In this document: positions 12,505 through 27,603 of the stretch, piece by piece
How the letters are laid out: each line of letters opens with the position of its first letter
Position numbering within the stretch: position 1 is the stretch's first letter
Assembly (NCBI GenBank): GCA_951406725.2
Contig: OX597815.1
Coordinates: 148,056,001-148,120,000 of the forward strand
From: Octopus vulgaris
Lineage: Eukaryota
Length of the DNA stretch: 64,000 nt
Direction of reading: 5' to 3'
Notes under the pieces: generated by a model
The model's database searches: none
What the model saw: only the letters and a program-made list of their open reading frames with translations
Told to the model about the DNA's origin: nothing
Made by a program: the position numbers and the translations under genes

Positions 12505-13145
12505 TGCAACAACATAAGCTTGAGTATCAACATAAACAGCCAAGATAACATTGTTCGCAGAGCGTGACCATGTATCCTCGGGATTTTCCAGTCTAGAGAG
12601 GCTCATTGTGTTATCCTTCTCTTCTCCAAATTCACCCATTCCCATATTGAATAACCGTTGTCCAATATGGTTCCCATCTATATATACGATAAAAAATATT
12701 ATATAAATTGACGCAACCAGGAAATCAATGACACACATAAAAAAGCAAAAGACCGGATATCCTTTGACCACTGGGATTGGCAGAAAGAGCTCAGAATTTA
12801 TTCCCTCCAATGCTACCGTGACCTCTATATCATTTGTATGTTGTGGAAAATATTGAAACAACATTCTCAAAATGGTTTTAGAATTAAGGCTAGAATTTAC
12901 AGAAGGCTTCGTCCCCGCGTCATCCATCTTCTACAGAAACCATACCCGCCTCACACCAGAACGTTATGGCAGAACTATTCCACCTTAACATATAGTGGAA
13001 GCGAAAGTCTCATAACATTCAAACAGTTCCTGGGCTAATATCTCCAACAAATTCCAACTAAGTCCACCTGCACTCGGATATAACACTAAGTCTAAAAGAA
13101 GTCTACAAAGAATAATTATACTCGAATGAGCTACAGTGCCCAAAC
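12505..13145 (+). mobile_element. old degenerate CR1/L2-group LINE 3' fragment
   Basis: Colinear with 24335-24970; translates as FDHWDWQKELRIYSLQCYRDLYIICMLWKILKQH vs LDYWGRLEKLKLYSLQRRRERYIICMMWKIFYQH. Confidence 0.85.
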
Positions 13146-13628
13146 AATGACAATATGAAATTGGATTCTGAATCCCTATCTCAACGGATCTAGTTCTGTG
13201 GAATTGAAATGGAATGCCTAAACACAATATGATGAATCAATGCCACAAATACATTGTTTATTTCCCTGATGGAAATGAAATGCCGAAGGTTGGGAGTTGC
13301 TTTCCCAGATCCTATATATTCAAGATAATATATCAATGGCATAATACTTTTACACAAACACGATGCAAATTTCGTCTGGTTCACATATCAAAGAATTTGA
13401 CAAAGAAATCATGAATGCAATGGAACTCATTCTTGACTTACTGACCAAGTGCAAGAAAATGCAAGGACAATAAAGATCCAAAGTAATTCTCCATGTATGA
13501 CAGGTAGGTAAGTTAGAAGAATATGAAGAAATTCATAGTATAAAAAAAATACAGATACAGACAAACTCATCTTTAATTGTATGGTGAATTCAACAATTAA
13601 AGATGTGATTCTCTCTATCCGTATTTTG

Positions 13629-13715
<87 letters not shown>

Positions 13716-13718
<3 letters not shown>

Positions 13719-13885
13719 GAAATTTATAGGAAAACAAAAGACGAAGAGAGTTATATAAACAACAGGCAAGTATATTAGTTTGACGCTCGGGAAAATGAAA
13801 AAGTCTTTTACGTTTCGAGCTTACGTTCTTCAACAGAAAGGAATGAGAAAATAAACAGAGAGAATGAAAAAAAAAAAACTCTTGT
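13716..13885 (-). mobile_element. PLE-type terminal repeat with degenerate hammerhead-like motif
   Basis: Minus strand CTTT-CTGTTGA-AGAACGTAAGCTC-GAAACGTA-AAAG (13805-13840); related copies at ~48790-48900 and split around the LINE at 23858-25057. Confidence 0.6.
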
Positions 13886-15317
13886 ATGTTTCAGCAGTGC
13901 AACATATACATAAATACATACATACACGCGCACAGACACACACATAGCGATTTGATCGAAATTTTGCCTCTTGATCCAATGTTGCTATATTGCAAAAGGA
14001 GTTCAGAAAAGTTACCATTTATTCATGTGTTGTACAAAATAAATATTTCATCGAATTTAGGACTAATTCATCAGATCTCTCTTTTCTTCGACCCCTCCAC
14101 GCACACACATATGACAGTTAGAAGCTGTTGTTTTTATAAAGGTCAATCTGCTTTGATATCGTACAAAAGGGTTGAGCAGTCCCCAGATAATTTTCATCAC
14201 TGCCCTACAAAATTATATAAATTAGGAAACGAATTACGGCTGTGCAGAAAATTATATGAAATGATCAAGATTTGAAATGCCGTAAATTAAATATCGATCA
14301 AATTTGAAACACTAAGTATTTGTTAATGAATAGCAAATCTGTAACTACTTAAATCCCAAACAGTTTAGAATTTTATACAATATTTCTACTATTTAGATAT
14401 ATGAATGCACGCACATTATCAATTATAAGCGTAAGAAAATAGAAGTGATATGTTTTATCGTTGTAAAAATATATCATGTTCTGATGACTCCACATCAGTA
14501 GATCTGTCTAGAATCTTATCTTCTAGAATCTTATTCTGCCTGCCATTCCGTTTCTTAGCACATCAGCAACGTTTTTATGTAGTTAGAGAAAAAGAGGGCA
14601 AATGAAAAGAAGGAGAAATAAGCAAACCTGATGTGAGGCACTGGGTAAATAATTGTAACGCTTTCACATAATTAGCTGAAGGGATAGAAATAGGAAAGTA
14701 AAAGGAGAGAGAATAAGACGATATGGAGAAGAGTGACACAGAAACAGGGTGAAAGATAAAGGAGAGTGAAAAAGGCGGAGAAAGAAACATATTGAGAGAG
14801 AAGCGTCTACGGCCCGTGGTAGGGGGAACGTAATATTTATTACCTACTTAAAAAAGTTAGTTGAGTGTAGTGAGGATTTAGAAGAGGGGAATTAAAAATA
14901 TAATTTTAGCAGAGAGATGATGTTCTGATGGTGAGGTGAAACAATATCACAGCGATTGAGAGAGGAAGAGAGAGGGAAAATAGATAGATATGAGAGAGAG
15001 AGGGGTGTAAGAAAAGATAATGAGAATGGTGGCGGCGGTGCTGCTGGAACTGACTGTGTTGATTGGATAGCGAAAAGTGTATCTCTTTAAAATATGAACT
15101 CAGTTTTTCTTATATCACCTATAATTTAATGCAAGGGCTGAAGTGAAACCGTGAAATACTTACGCTTATTGACCTGGCATATACATGCAATTCAACTAAA
15201 CGTTATATCATATGTACGGTTTATTTTTCTCTATGGGGAAAATGTAAAAATAAGCGTGAATATTTATTTTATCTGAGTGGTGCGTTTTAAGACTCTAAAA
15301 TTGAGCATAAAGTATAT

Positions 15318-15370
<53 letters not shown>

Positions 15371-15666
15371 GTACATTAAGTAATCATCGTCTTCCCATTT
15401 CCCTCACTTTTCAAAGATTAGCAGATGAGTGACTATCTTTACATACCGATTCAAGGTTTTTTAGGGAAAGTTTTCAATGTAACCCAACAGCTTTACCATT
15501 AATCAGTGAAATATTCACGCGGCCGCTAGTTACATACAAATCTTCGATTCAGTTTAGGCAGCAGACTCAAGTTTTTGAACAATATGTGCAATGAAATTAA
15601 ACGTAACAAGTAAGTATTTTATTCAGTTGTCCTCGTTTACCTTGAGAACTTAACTGCACACTTTTC

Positions 15667-15819
15667 CAGTTCTATATTTAAGAGATGAGGAATTATGTAC
15701 ATTATTTACGTTTGGCGGGTATTTGTCCTCACTACACCATATGCCCACGGGCATATAGCATGGTGGTGAAGAGCGCGGGCTACTAACCCCAAGACTCCGA
15801 TTTCGATTCCAGGCAGTGG

Positions 15820-15901
<82 letters not shown>

Positions 15902-16061
15902 TATAATTATAATAACAACAACATCGAAAAATGCATCAGGAATGAGAATTCCCAAGGCACCAGATGAAGACTGAAAGTATATCAGCCGACACGCTGTACT
16001 AACGAACAAGATGAGGACAAATATCCGTCAAATATAAATAAGGTAAATGATGTAAATAATG
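15667..16061. mobile_element. non-autonomous fold-back element: tRNA-like head + (TAA)n + hammerhead-like motif (copy 1)
   Basis: Inverted arms 15667-15731 vs ~16012-16061; tRNA-like 15749-15825; (TAA)n 15826-15915; decayed hammerhead 15957-16000; flanks TGCACACTTTT/TGCAAACTTTT. Confidence 0.75.
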
Positions 16062-16527
16062 TGCAAACTTTTTGTAATGTTCAAGAAAGGTTTCACGCAA
16101 ATGCAATGTTTCTTTTTTTTTTTTTTTTTGACAATAATTTTATCTCTGACCATCTGAAAGACACACAAAAAGTATTTTTGAAACAAATTCTATTCACAAG
16201 TCATCGATTACTTTGCATGGAAATGTAGAAGCCACTTGACTTTAGGATCAAAGGAAGAACTGCTGTATTGTGAGGTGGAGAGAAGTTTTCTCATATTTTC
16301 TTTTTTGAGTTGTCTTAAGCACATACCATTAGCTCAAATAGTCGATGACCCTTGTAAAACGAAACCATAGTCTAGACATATTGACATGTAATTTGAAATG
16401 CTCTTTAAAATGTGATCCACATTAGAGTCTCATTTCTAGTGCATATTAACTACAACATTAAGTAGGCAACAAACCGTCGCTTTTTTGTGCTGCTACTGCA
16501 TAACTCTCACTGAGAGATTTAGAAATG

Positions 16528-16585
<58 letters not shown>

Positions 16586-16587
16586 GT

Positions 16588-16627
<40 letters not shown>

Positions 16628-16693
16628 ATAAAACGGTAAGATAACAAAAGAAAGAAAGAGACCTCAATATTATGTAAATAGAGGAAATTTATC

Positions 16694-17918
<1,225 letters not shown>

Positions 17919-18114
17919 GGTATAAGTTAGGGGTGTTTAAAGCCTCTCAGGTATAGATATATCCAAAGGCACTTGTTTATTTTTGTCCTCCATTTTCTTC
18001 TCGCCTATACATACATACTCACAGACATACATACCTACATATATATGTATGTATATATATATACATATATATATATATTCATATATGTATATATGTATAT
18101 ATGTACACACACAC

Positions 18115-18150
<36 letters not shown>

Positions 18151-18791
18151 GTTATGCATATGTAATACACTTTGACTATGATGATTACATACTTTATCTA
18201 TTTTTTCATAATTATTCAAACAATTACTTAAACAAATTATAAATGTAATCACTAATTTATTCTTTCATTCATATGATACTATTTTTACTCTGACTCAATA
18301 TCTAACATTTATTTACCAATTACTGCCATCAGATAATCTATTACCCACTAGAGAAGGTTTATACCAATATTAGTAATTAAATGAAATTCAGTCTGTTGGA
18401 AGAACAAATTGTAATAACCTAACGATATATCATTTTTACTCTATTGACGAAATTTTGCTCAATAAAATGATTTAATTGCTGGAATTTAGATGTTTGGTGT
18501 AAAATCGAAAGAGCTGTAAGTGAACATGTTGAATTTTTGCATTTAATGGATTTTGTTAACGCTACTTCTCCGTTTTCGGGATTTTAATTTGAATGTGTTT
18601 AAAATAAATTTTATATTTATACAAATTATGTTAGGAATATAATCATTCACAACATAGTAATAAGTAACAAACCAGTAATCGATTGAATATTTTCTATCCC
18701 TTCTGGTGGTTATTCTCACCTCTATTTAAATAAATTTATATATATACCAAATACATATAATACCAAAATACCAAATACATATAATACCAAA

Positions 18792-20330
18792 ATACCAAAT
18801 ACATATAAAGAAGCACACATAACTCCAATACATAAAGGGGACAGCAAATCAAAACCAAAGAACTACCGACCAATCTCACTGACATCACACGTTATCAAGG
18901 TCTTCGAAAGAATAGTTCGTGGAAAACTGGTTGAGTTCCTGGAATCCAACAATCTGATGAATTGCAACCAGCATGGATTCAGGTTAGGTAGATCATGTCT
19001 TTCCCAACTACTGGCACACCATGACCAAATCCTAGGAAATCTAGAGAATGGATACAACACAGATGTTATTTACCTCGACTTTGCCAAGGCATTTGACAAG
19101 GTAGATCATTGCATCCTGGGTCACAAACTTCGAAAGCTAGGAGTAGGAGGAAAAGTTGGTACATGGATACATGAGTTCCTTACAAATAGAACTCAAACAG
19201 TCACTGTGAATGGAACCGATTCAACACCATCACCTGTGACCAGCAGTGTTCCTCAGGTTACAGTACTCGGCCCAATCCTGTTTCTCATCCTCATCTCTGA
19301 CATAGATGAAGATACAACCAGCAATGTCTCATCCTTTGCTGATGACACCAGGGTCATGAGACAAATCAAAGACGAGGTGGATACAGAGGCCTTACAAAAG
19401 GACCTGACCACCATATATAAATGGCAGGAAACAAACAACATGTTGTTCAATGATAAGAAGTTTGAACTAATTCGCTACGGAACTGATCAAGATCTGAAAA
19501 ATACAACAAACTACAGAAACTCATCAGGACAACAAATAATGGGAAAACAGTATGTGAAAGATTTAGGCATCCACATGGGAACCAACCTAAAATTCAGAGA
19601 ACACCTTGACTCAGTCTGTCTTACTGCAAGAAAGTACAGCGGGTGGATCTTGCGCACCTTCAAATCAAGAGATACCTCAACAATGAAAACCCTCTGGAAC
19701 AGTATGATACTTCCGAGGATTGACTACTGTTCTCAGTTGTGGTCACCAACAACAAAGGGCCAACTATCTAAGATGGAATCGCTCCAAAGAAATTTTACCC
19801 CATACTTCTCAGAAACGAGGGACCTGGACTATTGGCAAAGACTCAAAACCTTGAGGATGTACTCAATAGAAAGAAGATTTGAGCGATACCGAATTATATA
19901 CATTTGGAAAATGATAGAGCAAAAGGTGCCAAACTTTGGTATCAAAACCTACCACTCACTGCGCCACGGAAGACGCTGCCAGCTACCACCAATCAACAAA
20001 AAGGCTGGCCAGGCAGCAAAAACCCTGCGAGAATCAAGTCTGTTGGTTCGAGGAGCACAACTATTCAACTCCATTCCGGTACTTGTCAGAAATCTATCAG
20101 GATGCAGTGTGGAATCATTCAAATTGCAGCTGGATAGATAATTAAGCACCATTAGAGATGAACCCCATCTCCCAGGATATACACAACGAGCACAAACTGA
20201 CTCAAACTCGCTTCTACACATGTCAAAATTAAACAGAGAATACAACCTGGCAACCGCACCAGACTCTGAGGGTGGAGTCTTCGACTTGGCCTGAGCATGG
20301 ACTCAAACTCAAATGAAATGAAATGAAAAA
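18792..20330 (+). mobile_element. 5'-truncated CR1/L2-group LINE (RT domain)
   Basis: HITPIHKGDSKSKPKNYRPISLTS; ORF 18957-20141 with QHGFR, YLDFAKAFDKVDH, VPQVTVLGP, FADD; one in-frame stop; (GAAAT)n tail. Confidence 0.95.
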
Positions 20331-20504
20331 AAATATATATATAAGATCTGGATGGTTGTACATATACAAATATTTATTAACATGTCACGTTTCTACAAAT
20401 CACATATAAGCGCTTTCATATAGACTAATAGATGTACAACCATCCTGATCACTGAATACCTTATTTTTTTTCAAATTTATAATATCTGTACATCACCTGA
20501 AGTC

Positions 20505-20541
<37 letters not shown>

Positions 20542-20583
20542 TTGTATAAATATATAGACATATATAAATATGTATATGCATGC

Positions 20584-20631
<48 letters not shown>

Positions 20632-22446
20632 TCGGCCAAAACAGCCCAATTGAGTTCTACCGGTCAAATGACCTTGATTCAATTGCTCATTCCTCTCATT
20701 ATATATTTTTCTGTTTACCTTCTTTTAATACTTATTTCTCGGTACTTTTACAATTTCGTCTTCTACTACACTCACTACATCTTCTGACTGAATCTTTCAT
20801 GTGTAAACGTGTTCCTCCTTGCGACAATGTAAACCTTCATTTAATGAAGATACTCTTATAGACAAAAAAGATAACAAAACCAAGGCTGTGAGGAGTTTTC
20901 AGGACATTTATAAGGAAATAGTTATAAAATGTAGTCTTAAAGCTGTTTCTGTGATATTATGCATATCGCTTCATCAGAGACGATGTGAGATGGTTAGATA
21001 GAGGCAAATGTTTGAGTTATGGGAAAGTAGGAGATAGGGAATATAGAGGGAAGTAACAGAATAAAAGTAGAAATAAATTATAATATAATGTTATCGCATA
21101 AACAGCAGTAAGACTACATTCACATCTCTTTCCTTATAAATGTCCTGAAATCTCCAAACGGCCTTCGTTTTGTTATATCTTTTTGTCTAATATGCATATA
21201 TATAGTTACATACATACAAATATGTATATTTTTTGCAATTTCCAAGATGCCTTTCTGTGACAAGTGAGATGCCATATAAGGAAACAGTTTTTATTTTATT
21301 GGAATTGCTGCAAGATTCACAGTTATTCTTGGTATTACAATCCTATGCAGTAAGGGTGTGTGTTTTTTGTTTAAATCATCGATTACTTCCTTAGCCGAAT
21401 TGCTCTGTTGTGAAGAATTACCATAATTTTCCATAAAGTAAATGTTCTACTTGTGATTATATATCTAATATACAGATATTGGCCGTCTTCTTAGATATAA
21501 TGTTTTCGATTGAAGGCAATTCACTATGTGCATATTAATATGAAGGGAACAAATAAATTTAAAGTGAATAATTACGTTGTCTCGTAAGACCTCAAATTTA
21601 CCTGTTTCCCAGTATGACATTCAATGTATTTATGCTATATCAAAGAAAACAAATTAAATTCATAAGATCGCATTTCAGAAAACTTTCCTTGGTCATATAC
21701 ATGGATTTTGACCCCGTGACATTCTTAATTTCGCTGTTTACGTCATATGCCATTACCGCTGCGATTTCTGCTATGATAACGCCTTACAATTGCACTAAAG
21801 AAAGCATATGTTCTGTCGCACAAAATTAATCAATATACATTTAATTCTGAATACATATTAGACATATCTTACAATCTTGAAATTATCGAATGATCGGAAA
21901 CTTACATACTTATAACAACGAGGCGTGTTTGAATTATGAAGTCAAAGGAAAAGTAAACAACCTTTATAAAAACGATTTGGTATGCTACACATGCCAAATG
22001 TGTGTTTAACAATGTTGCCTTAACAGTTATTTCTTATTAATATTATCAGAAGATGTATAATTGCATATTTCATTAGATTACAAAGTCATGCATAAAAGAG
22101 AATTCCCAAACGTAGAACCTACGAAATCATATGTCCTGCTATAATTTCATTAATTAATATTGAATGCGTGAGATAGATAACTAATATTACAGACAGTATA
22201 GTGTATATATTCTACATCTCTTCCGATATTTTTCTAGATTTTTAATTAATTTGTAAGAATGGTATTTGCCATCTACAATATTCAGTAACTTTAATGTACT
22301 GGGTATACATTCGTTTAAGTAGTGGCCTTTGTTAAATCGAAACAATTTGCACTTTCCCTACGAACAACAGGAAAATATGATTTAATATTTATTGAGCAGT
22401 TCATTGTATTAATGCATTTAAGTGAAGTGTACAAATCATTGTTTAG

Positions 22447-22620
22447 CCTGAAGAAATCGACCTTTACTATAGATTTAACACGATAAATAAATTCGGTCTC
22501 TCTACAACCTTTGCAAAACTCATTCATTATGAAGGAGTCAGAGACCTTCATTTCCTCCAATATTTCATGCCTGACAATTTAACCTTTGTCGACATTCTAG
22601 CTGCCAGATCAGATTTATAA
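22447..22620 (+). CDS. candidate terminal coding exon of an unknown host gene
   Basis: Non-repetitive sequence; TTGTTTAG acceptor-like site followed by 57 open codons (PEEIDLYYRFNTINKFGLSTTFAKLIHYEGVRDLHFLQYFMPDNLTFVDILAARSDL*); no family recognised. Confidence 0.25.
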   Translation, partial: PEEIDLYYRFNTINKFGLSTTFAKLIHYEGVRDLHFLQYFMPDNLTFVDILAARSDL

Positions 22621-23199
22621 GAATACATAACATACATATTGCTATATTCAACATCTTCGCAATTTATTACAACGCAGCTGACTAAACCCAATAACAAACA
22701 CTCAAATATTTTATTAAAATCTCACTGAATCATTTTATGGTACTCTAAACAAATAACATTTGGAAATGTACGATTTCGTTGTTGAGCAGATGTCTGTATG
22801 TGCAGGTCGGTACGAAACATTAGACATGACATTGGGCAACAGAGAAAAATGACTTAAACATAATCAGAGGCTCAACAGCAATACAACGGATCATAGCGTA
22901 TATTATACTCATATAATAGCTCTCCAAAATATGTGAATACCAAAATATTGAAACTTTTCATAATTGGATAACCAGAAAGTAACTTACATGTTTTGTCTTT
23001 GGTTTATAATGAGAGGTGCAATGCTGTTGAATGTTACTGGGCTCATCTTAGTATACAAAGAGTTATTTAATATTTCCACCAGCTAGTTCTATAATTAGTA
23101 AGGGGTATATATATTCACTTCGAGTTAATGTGCATACACTTTTCTGTCATCATTCTTTTACCGTAAAAAGTATGTTATTTCTCTTCTGATGACCTAGAA

Positions 23200-23242
<43 letters not shown>

Positions 23243-23857
23243 GAAAGAGAGAAAGACGGGGAGAGAGATAGACATATGGAGAGACGGTAGGTAGGTAAGT
23301 AGGACGATAAATTGGTTACATAGATAGATAGTCAAATAGACAGACAGAAAGATAGATAGATGCTAAATTAGTGGTTATGGATGGAATTTAATGACTAATC
23401 TAAAAGTAATCAATTTTAGCCCAAGCCAGCTGCTTTGTAATGGTCAGTGTGCAAGACAGGATGTGATCATTGAAATACCTGAATATACTTTCTGTCTCTC
23501 TCTCTTTGTATATATATATATATAATTGATATTAACTGGGCAAATAACCTCATACGGAGCATTTAGAAGCTCCTACACCCCTACACGGGTATCGACTATC
23601 ATATGCCGTCATACATCAGTGTCATTCCTTGAAATATGCAAACATGTGGAATTCGTCAGCGTATAGAATTTATATAAAAATATTTATGTTGTTACCACAG
23701 CACAGAAAAGTCATAATTTATAATTAAAACATGATTTGTCCATGTTTTTGATATATAAATTCATATATATAAATTTGTGTGTTCATTTGTGTGTGCATAA
23801 GCGCGTGACCTACGTCACATGCTTCTATGGTCACATTAGCGAGCGCGAAACTATTTG

Positions 23858-25057
23858 GGTTGATCACAGGATCCTATTGAAAAAACTACCCAACATTGGT
23901 GTCTCTGGAAAGTTACTGAAATGGATCAAGTGTTTCCTGACAGACAGATCTCAACATGTTGTAGTTGAAAGAGTAAAATCAAGCCCAGCACAAGTCAGTA
24001 GTGGCGTTCCGCAAGGCACTGTGCTGGGCCCACTTCTTTTCATCATCTACATTAATAACATTAATGACATCATCAAGCACAGCAACATAAAAATCTTTGC
24101 AGATGATTCCAAGCTCCAGAAGGTCATAAATGAGGCGAGTGACCGGACATGACTTCAGTCAGATCTACTGGCTGTTATCCAATGGGCAGAAAAGAACAAT
24201 ATGCTGCTGAACGAGGATAAATTCGGGTTAATCCACTTTGGAAAAGAAGATGCCCTGAAACTTCCATACTCCCTTCCTTCAGGTGAAACTCTCGTGGCAT
24301 CTAACAACATAAGAGAGTTGGGAGTAATTGTGGACAACAACATAAGCTGGGCCACTCATATAAACACAAAAGTTGACATGGCCCGCAGAATGTGTTCCTG
24401 CATTCTCAGAACTTTCCAGTCGAGAGATATCCACACCATTATCCTTCTCTTCTCCACTTTTGCCCGACCCCACCTTGAATACTGTTGTCCACTCTGGTTT
24501 CCCCACACAAAACAAAATATCATAAAAGTTGAAGCACCTCAAAGGTCAATCACAAAATAGATAGATGGCATGACAGGCCTCGACTATTGGGGTCGACTAG
24601 AAAAGCTAAAACTTTATTCTCTCCAACGTCGCCGTGAGCGCTACATCATCTGCATGATGTGGAAAATATTCTATCAGCATTGCCCAAATGATGTTGGCAT
24701 CACCTTTAAGGTACATCCAAGGGTTGGGCCCTGTGCCATCCGCCCACAACAAAAATCGCACTCTCATCTCATAACAACAATACGGCACAATTATTTCACC
24801 TCAATTGGCCCCGCTCTCTTTAACATTACACCAAAACAGAAACAGGCCCTATAGGATTCAAGAAGTCTTTGGACAGATTCCTTCAAGAAATCCCGGATAA
24901 ACCTCCTACACCCGGATATGTCTCTGTAAACAATAACTCTCTACTTGAGTGGGCCATAGTGCCCAAATTCTGACTTGAAAGACTTCACCAGGTGGTGCTA
25001 TTAAGTTAGACATGGCCTGGGCCAATAATGGCCGAAACCTATCAAAGTATCAAAGTA
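23858..25057 (+). mobile_element. 5'-truncated CR1/L2-group LINE (RT domain, several stops)
   Basis: VDHRILLKKL, SGVPQGTVLGPLLF, KIFADD, LEYCCPLW, YSLQRRRERY; (TATCAAAG)n tail. Confidence 0.95.
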
Positions 25058-25108
25058 CATGCCTGTTGTTCCTAAATCTGTCTTCATCTTTCGTTTTTTG
25101 CACATTTC

Positions 25109-25180
<72 letters not shown>

Positions 25181-25189
25181 TAAATTGAA

Positions 25190-26238
25190 CTAGTATAAGC
25201 TCATGATCTGTGGCCATGCAGACCTATTGGCTAGAAATTAATGTCCCTGTCTCAGTAGATGCATCTCTGTGTTTTAATATCTTCTTTAATTACAACGTGT
25301 AGAGGCCATTTTCGAGTACATAGCCTAAAGTGTAATTTGTGATTAAGTGATCTGGCATGTTTAGTAACATGTTAATACAGCATTTCTGAAATCATGATAT
25401 TTCCGGTGAAAATGAAGATTAAGAGATCCCTCGCGTCGTCGCATTGCCGTGCAAACTTTTGTTAAGGTTAGAGAGAGAGAGAGAGAGAGAGCGAAAGAAT
25501 GGAATATCAGAGACAAAGTCGTGAAAAAGAAATAAGCTCTCGTATTCAACTTTCAGTCTCTACTGATATGATTTGAAATCAGATCGTTCACCTCTCAAGG
25601 AATTAAACCTCATGGGTTCCTCATTACAGATGCAACCTTGCTGTACACTACTGAACTATATCAACGAAGTGTATATATATATATATATACGAGCATAATG
25701 CCAATGGACGGTGCTGAATCAAATCTTCTGAATAAAAAGCAATCAATGATTTCATTTCATTACAAAATAATTAAGCATGCCTTTATTTCAATAATAAATT
25801 TTTTTGTTTTGTTAAACGAAGTTAAGCCAAAAAAAAAAAAAAAATCTTGAGAAACTAAATAGGCTTTCCTTCCTTCATGCCAAGTTTGAAGAAAACATCT
25901 CTTTTGCATATTACGTTTTTGGTCTCTTAAATATACTGCATTTTGTGGCATTATTTCAAGCCAGCCGGCTTTTTGGGGCGCAAACTGCACGTGCATTTTT
26001 CTCGCGTACGCGTTGAATCAATTGCAACAGCTGATGTACTTGTGCGTACAAATGCACCTTCTCGCGGCTTTATCGTTCGCATTCTCACCTGGAATTGATT
26101 TTTGTAATATTTTCAAGACTTATATACGCCCTGATACCGTCGGTATCTACCTATCAAATTTCAGTGCAATCAGATGGAGGATGCCCGAGATCCTAGAAGA
26201 CACACACACATACACACACACACACACAGACGGAACGG

Positions 26239-26250
<12 letters not shown>
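25190..26250 (-). mobile_element. non-autonomous Helitron-like element
   Basis: Minus-strand 3' end: hairpin GGTCTG-CATGGCCA-CAGATC, 11 nt, then CTAG|T; the other end TATATAAAATATCCGTTCCGTCTGTGTGTG merges into (TA)n; exact 5' TC not resolved. Confidence 0.55.
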
Positions 26251-26321
<71 letters not shown>

Positions 26322-27481
26322 TATCAGTATTTTAGAATTATTATTGCTGAAGATGTTCTATAGAGATCAGAGAGAGCCGAGCTAGCACTGAAATTCACGG
26401 TGATTTGCATACGAATACGTCTACGTAAACAGTGCGATGGATGCTAGAGAAATAGTTAATGGGTGTACAGTCATAACAAAATACGGTGTCCCAACTAGCA
26501 ATGTTCACACACAAGCGCGCTCGAACACAAACACCCCCCACCACACACAATCACAAACAAACACACCACACATTTATGCATGTATATATACAGGTCTGTA
26601 TATGAAGACAATGATACGGCAATAGTTGCATGCTGTGTGATGTAAGCATGATGTTAAATGCTAAAAAGGAGGCACACGTATTTAGAGATGCTAATGTTGA
26701 TGATAATGTATGAATGGTATTTCAGCAGAGACTGGCGCCAGTGAGTCCCATAAAGAGGATGGAAGCTGGAGAGCAGATGTTGTGCTTGTTTGGGAAGAGC
26801 CGATGAAGAGGTGACTGTTGGTTGTGGAGAAAGTTGTGCTGCAATGAAGAAAATCATTGGTGGGTGGTTGGTCACAAGTACTCAGGCAGACAGGAATAAC
26901 GTAGTTATATAAACCTACTCGTACGCACACATTCATACATGCACATATACTACTCACACACACACACTCAAACACACACATAAAAGAAATATGCCGCTGC
27001 AGTCAAAGGTGGGTGACGAAATGAGTGAAAGTTTCAATGGAAAAACAATAAGTATAAATATTGAACGCGATGAAAATAATAAAATAACACTAAGATAAAG
27101 AAAAAACCCCAGATAAAACAGGAGGACAAGAATACAAAGAATTAATACAAGTACAATTGAGTGGAATAAGAACTGCTTCACGAAAGATCAATTTATACAA
27201 ATATTGAGAGATTGATATAAAAAATAGATATGTAATAGAAATAGACTTCTACATAAATACATACATACATATATATATGGGCATATATGTATGCACGTGA
27301 ACATGTCCGTGAGTCTGTATGTGTGTGTGTGTGTGTGTGTGTATGCGTGTATGTATACACACATGAATAAAACTTCGCTTGTACATATGCATATATATAT
27401 ACATTCCGGATGAATATAAATATAAACAGAAAAATGCTTATTTCATACACTTCTGCAAGGACATATGTTGCACACACACAT

Positions 27482-27603
<122 letters not shown>

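Noticed and set aside
12445-12927. 160-aa minus-strand ORF with a hydrophobic stretch, superficially like a Cys-loop/chemotactile receptor TM region
   Set aside because: The plus strand is colinear with the LINE at 24335-24970; the ORF is the antisense shadow of a decayed RT 3' region
18743-18810. Short direct repeats next to a reverse transcriptase (CRISPR/retron/DGR-like idea)
   Set aside because: No unique spacers, eukaryotic context, and the RT is an ordinary non-LTR type
21614-21829. 71-aa ORF with a hydrophobic segment
   Set aside because: Short, no motif, no convincing pair of splice sites
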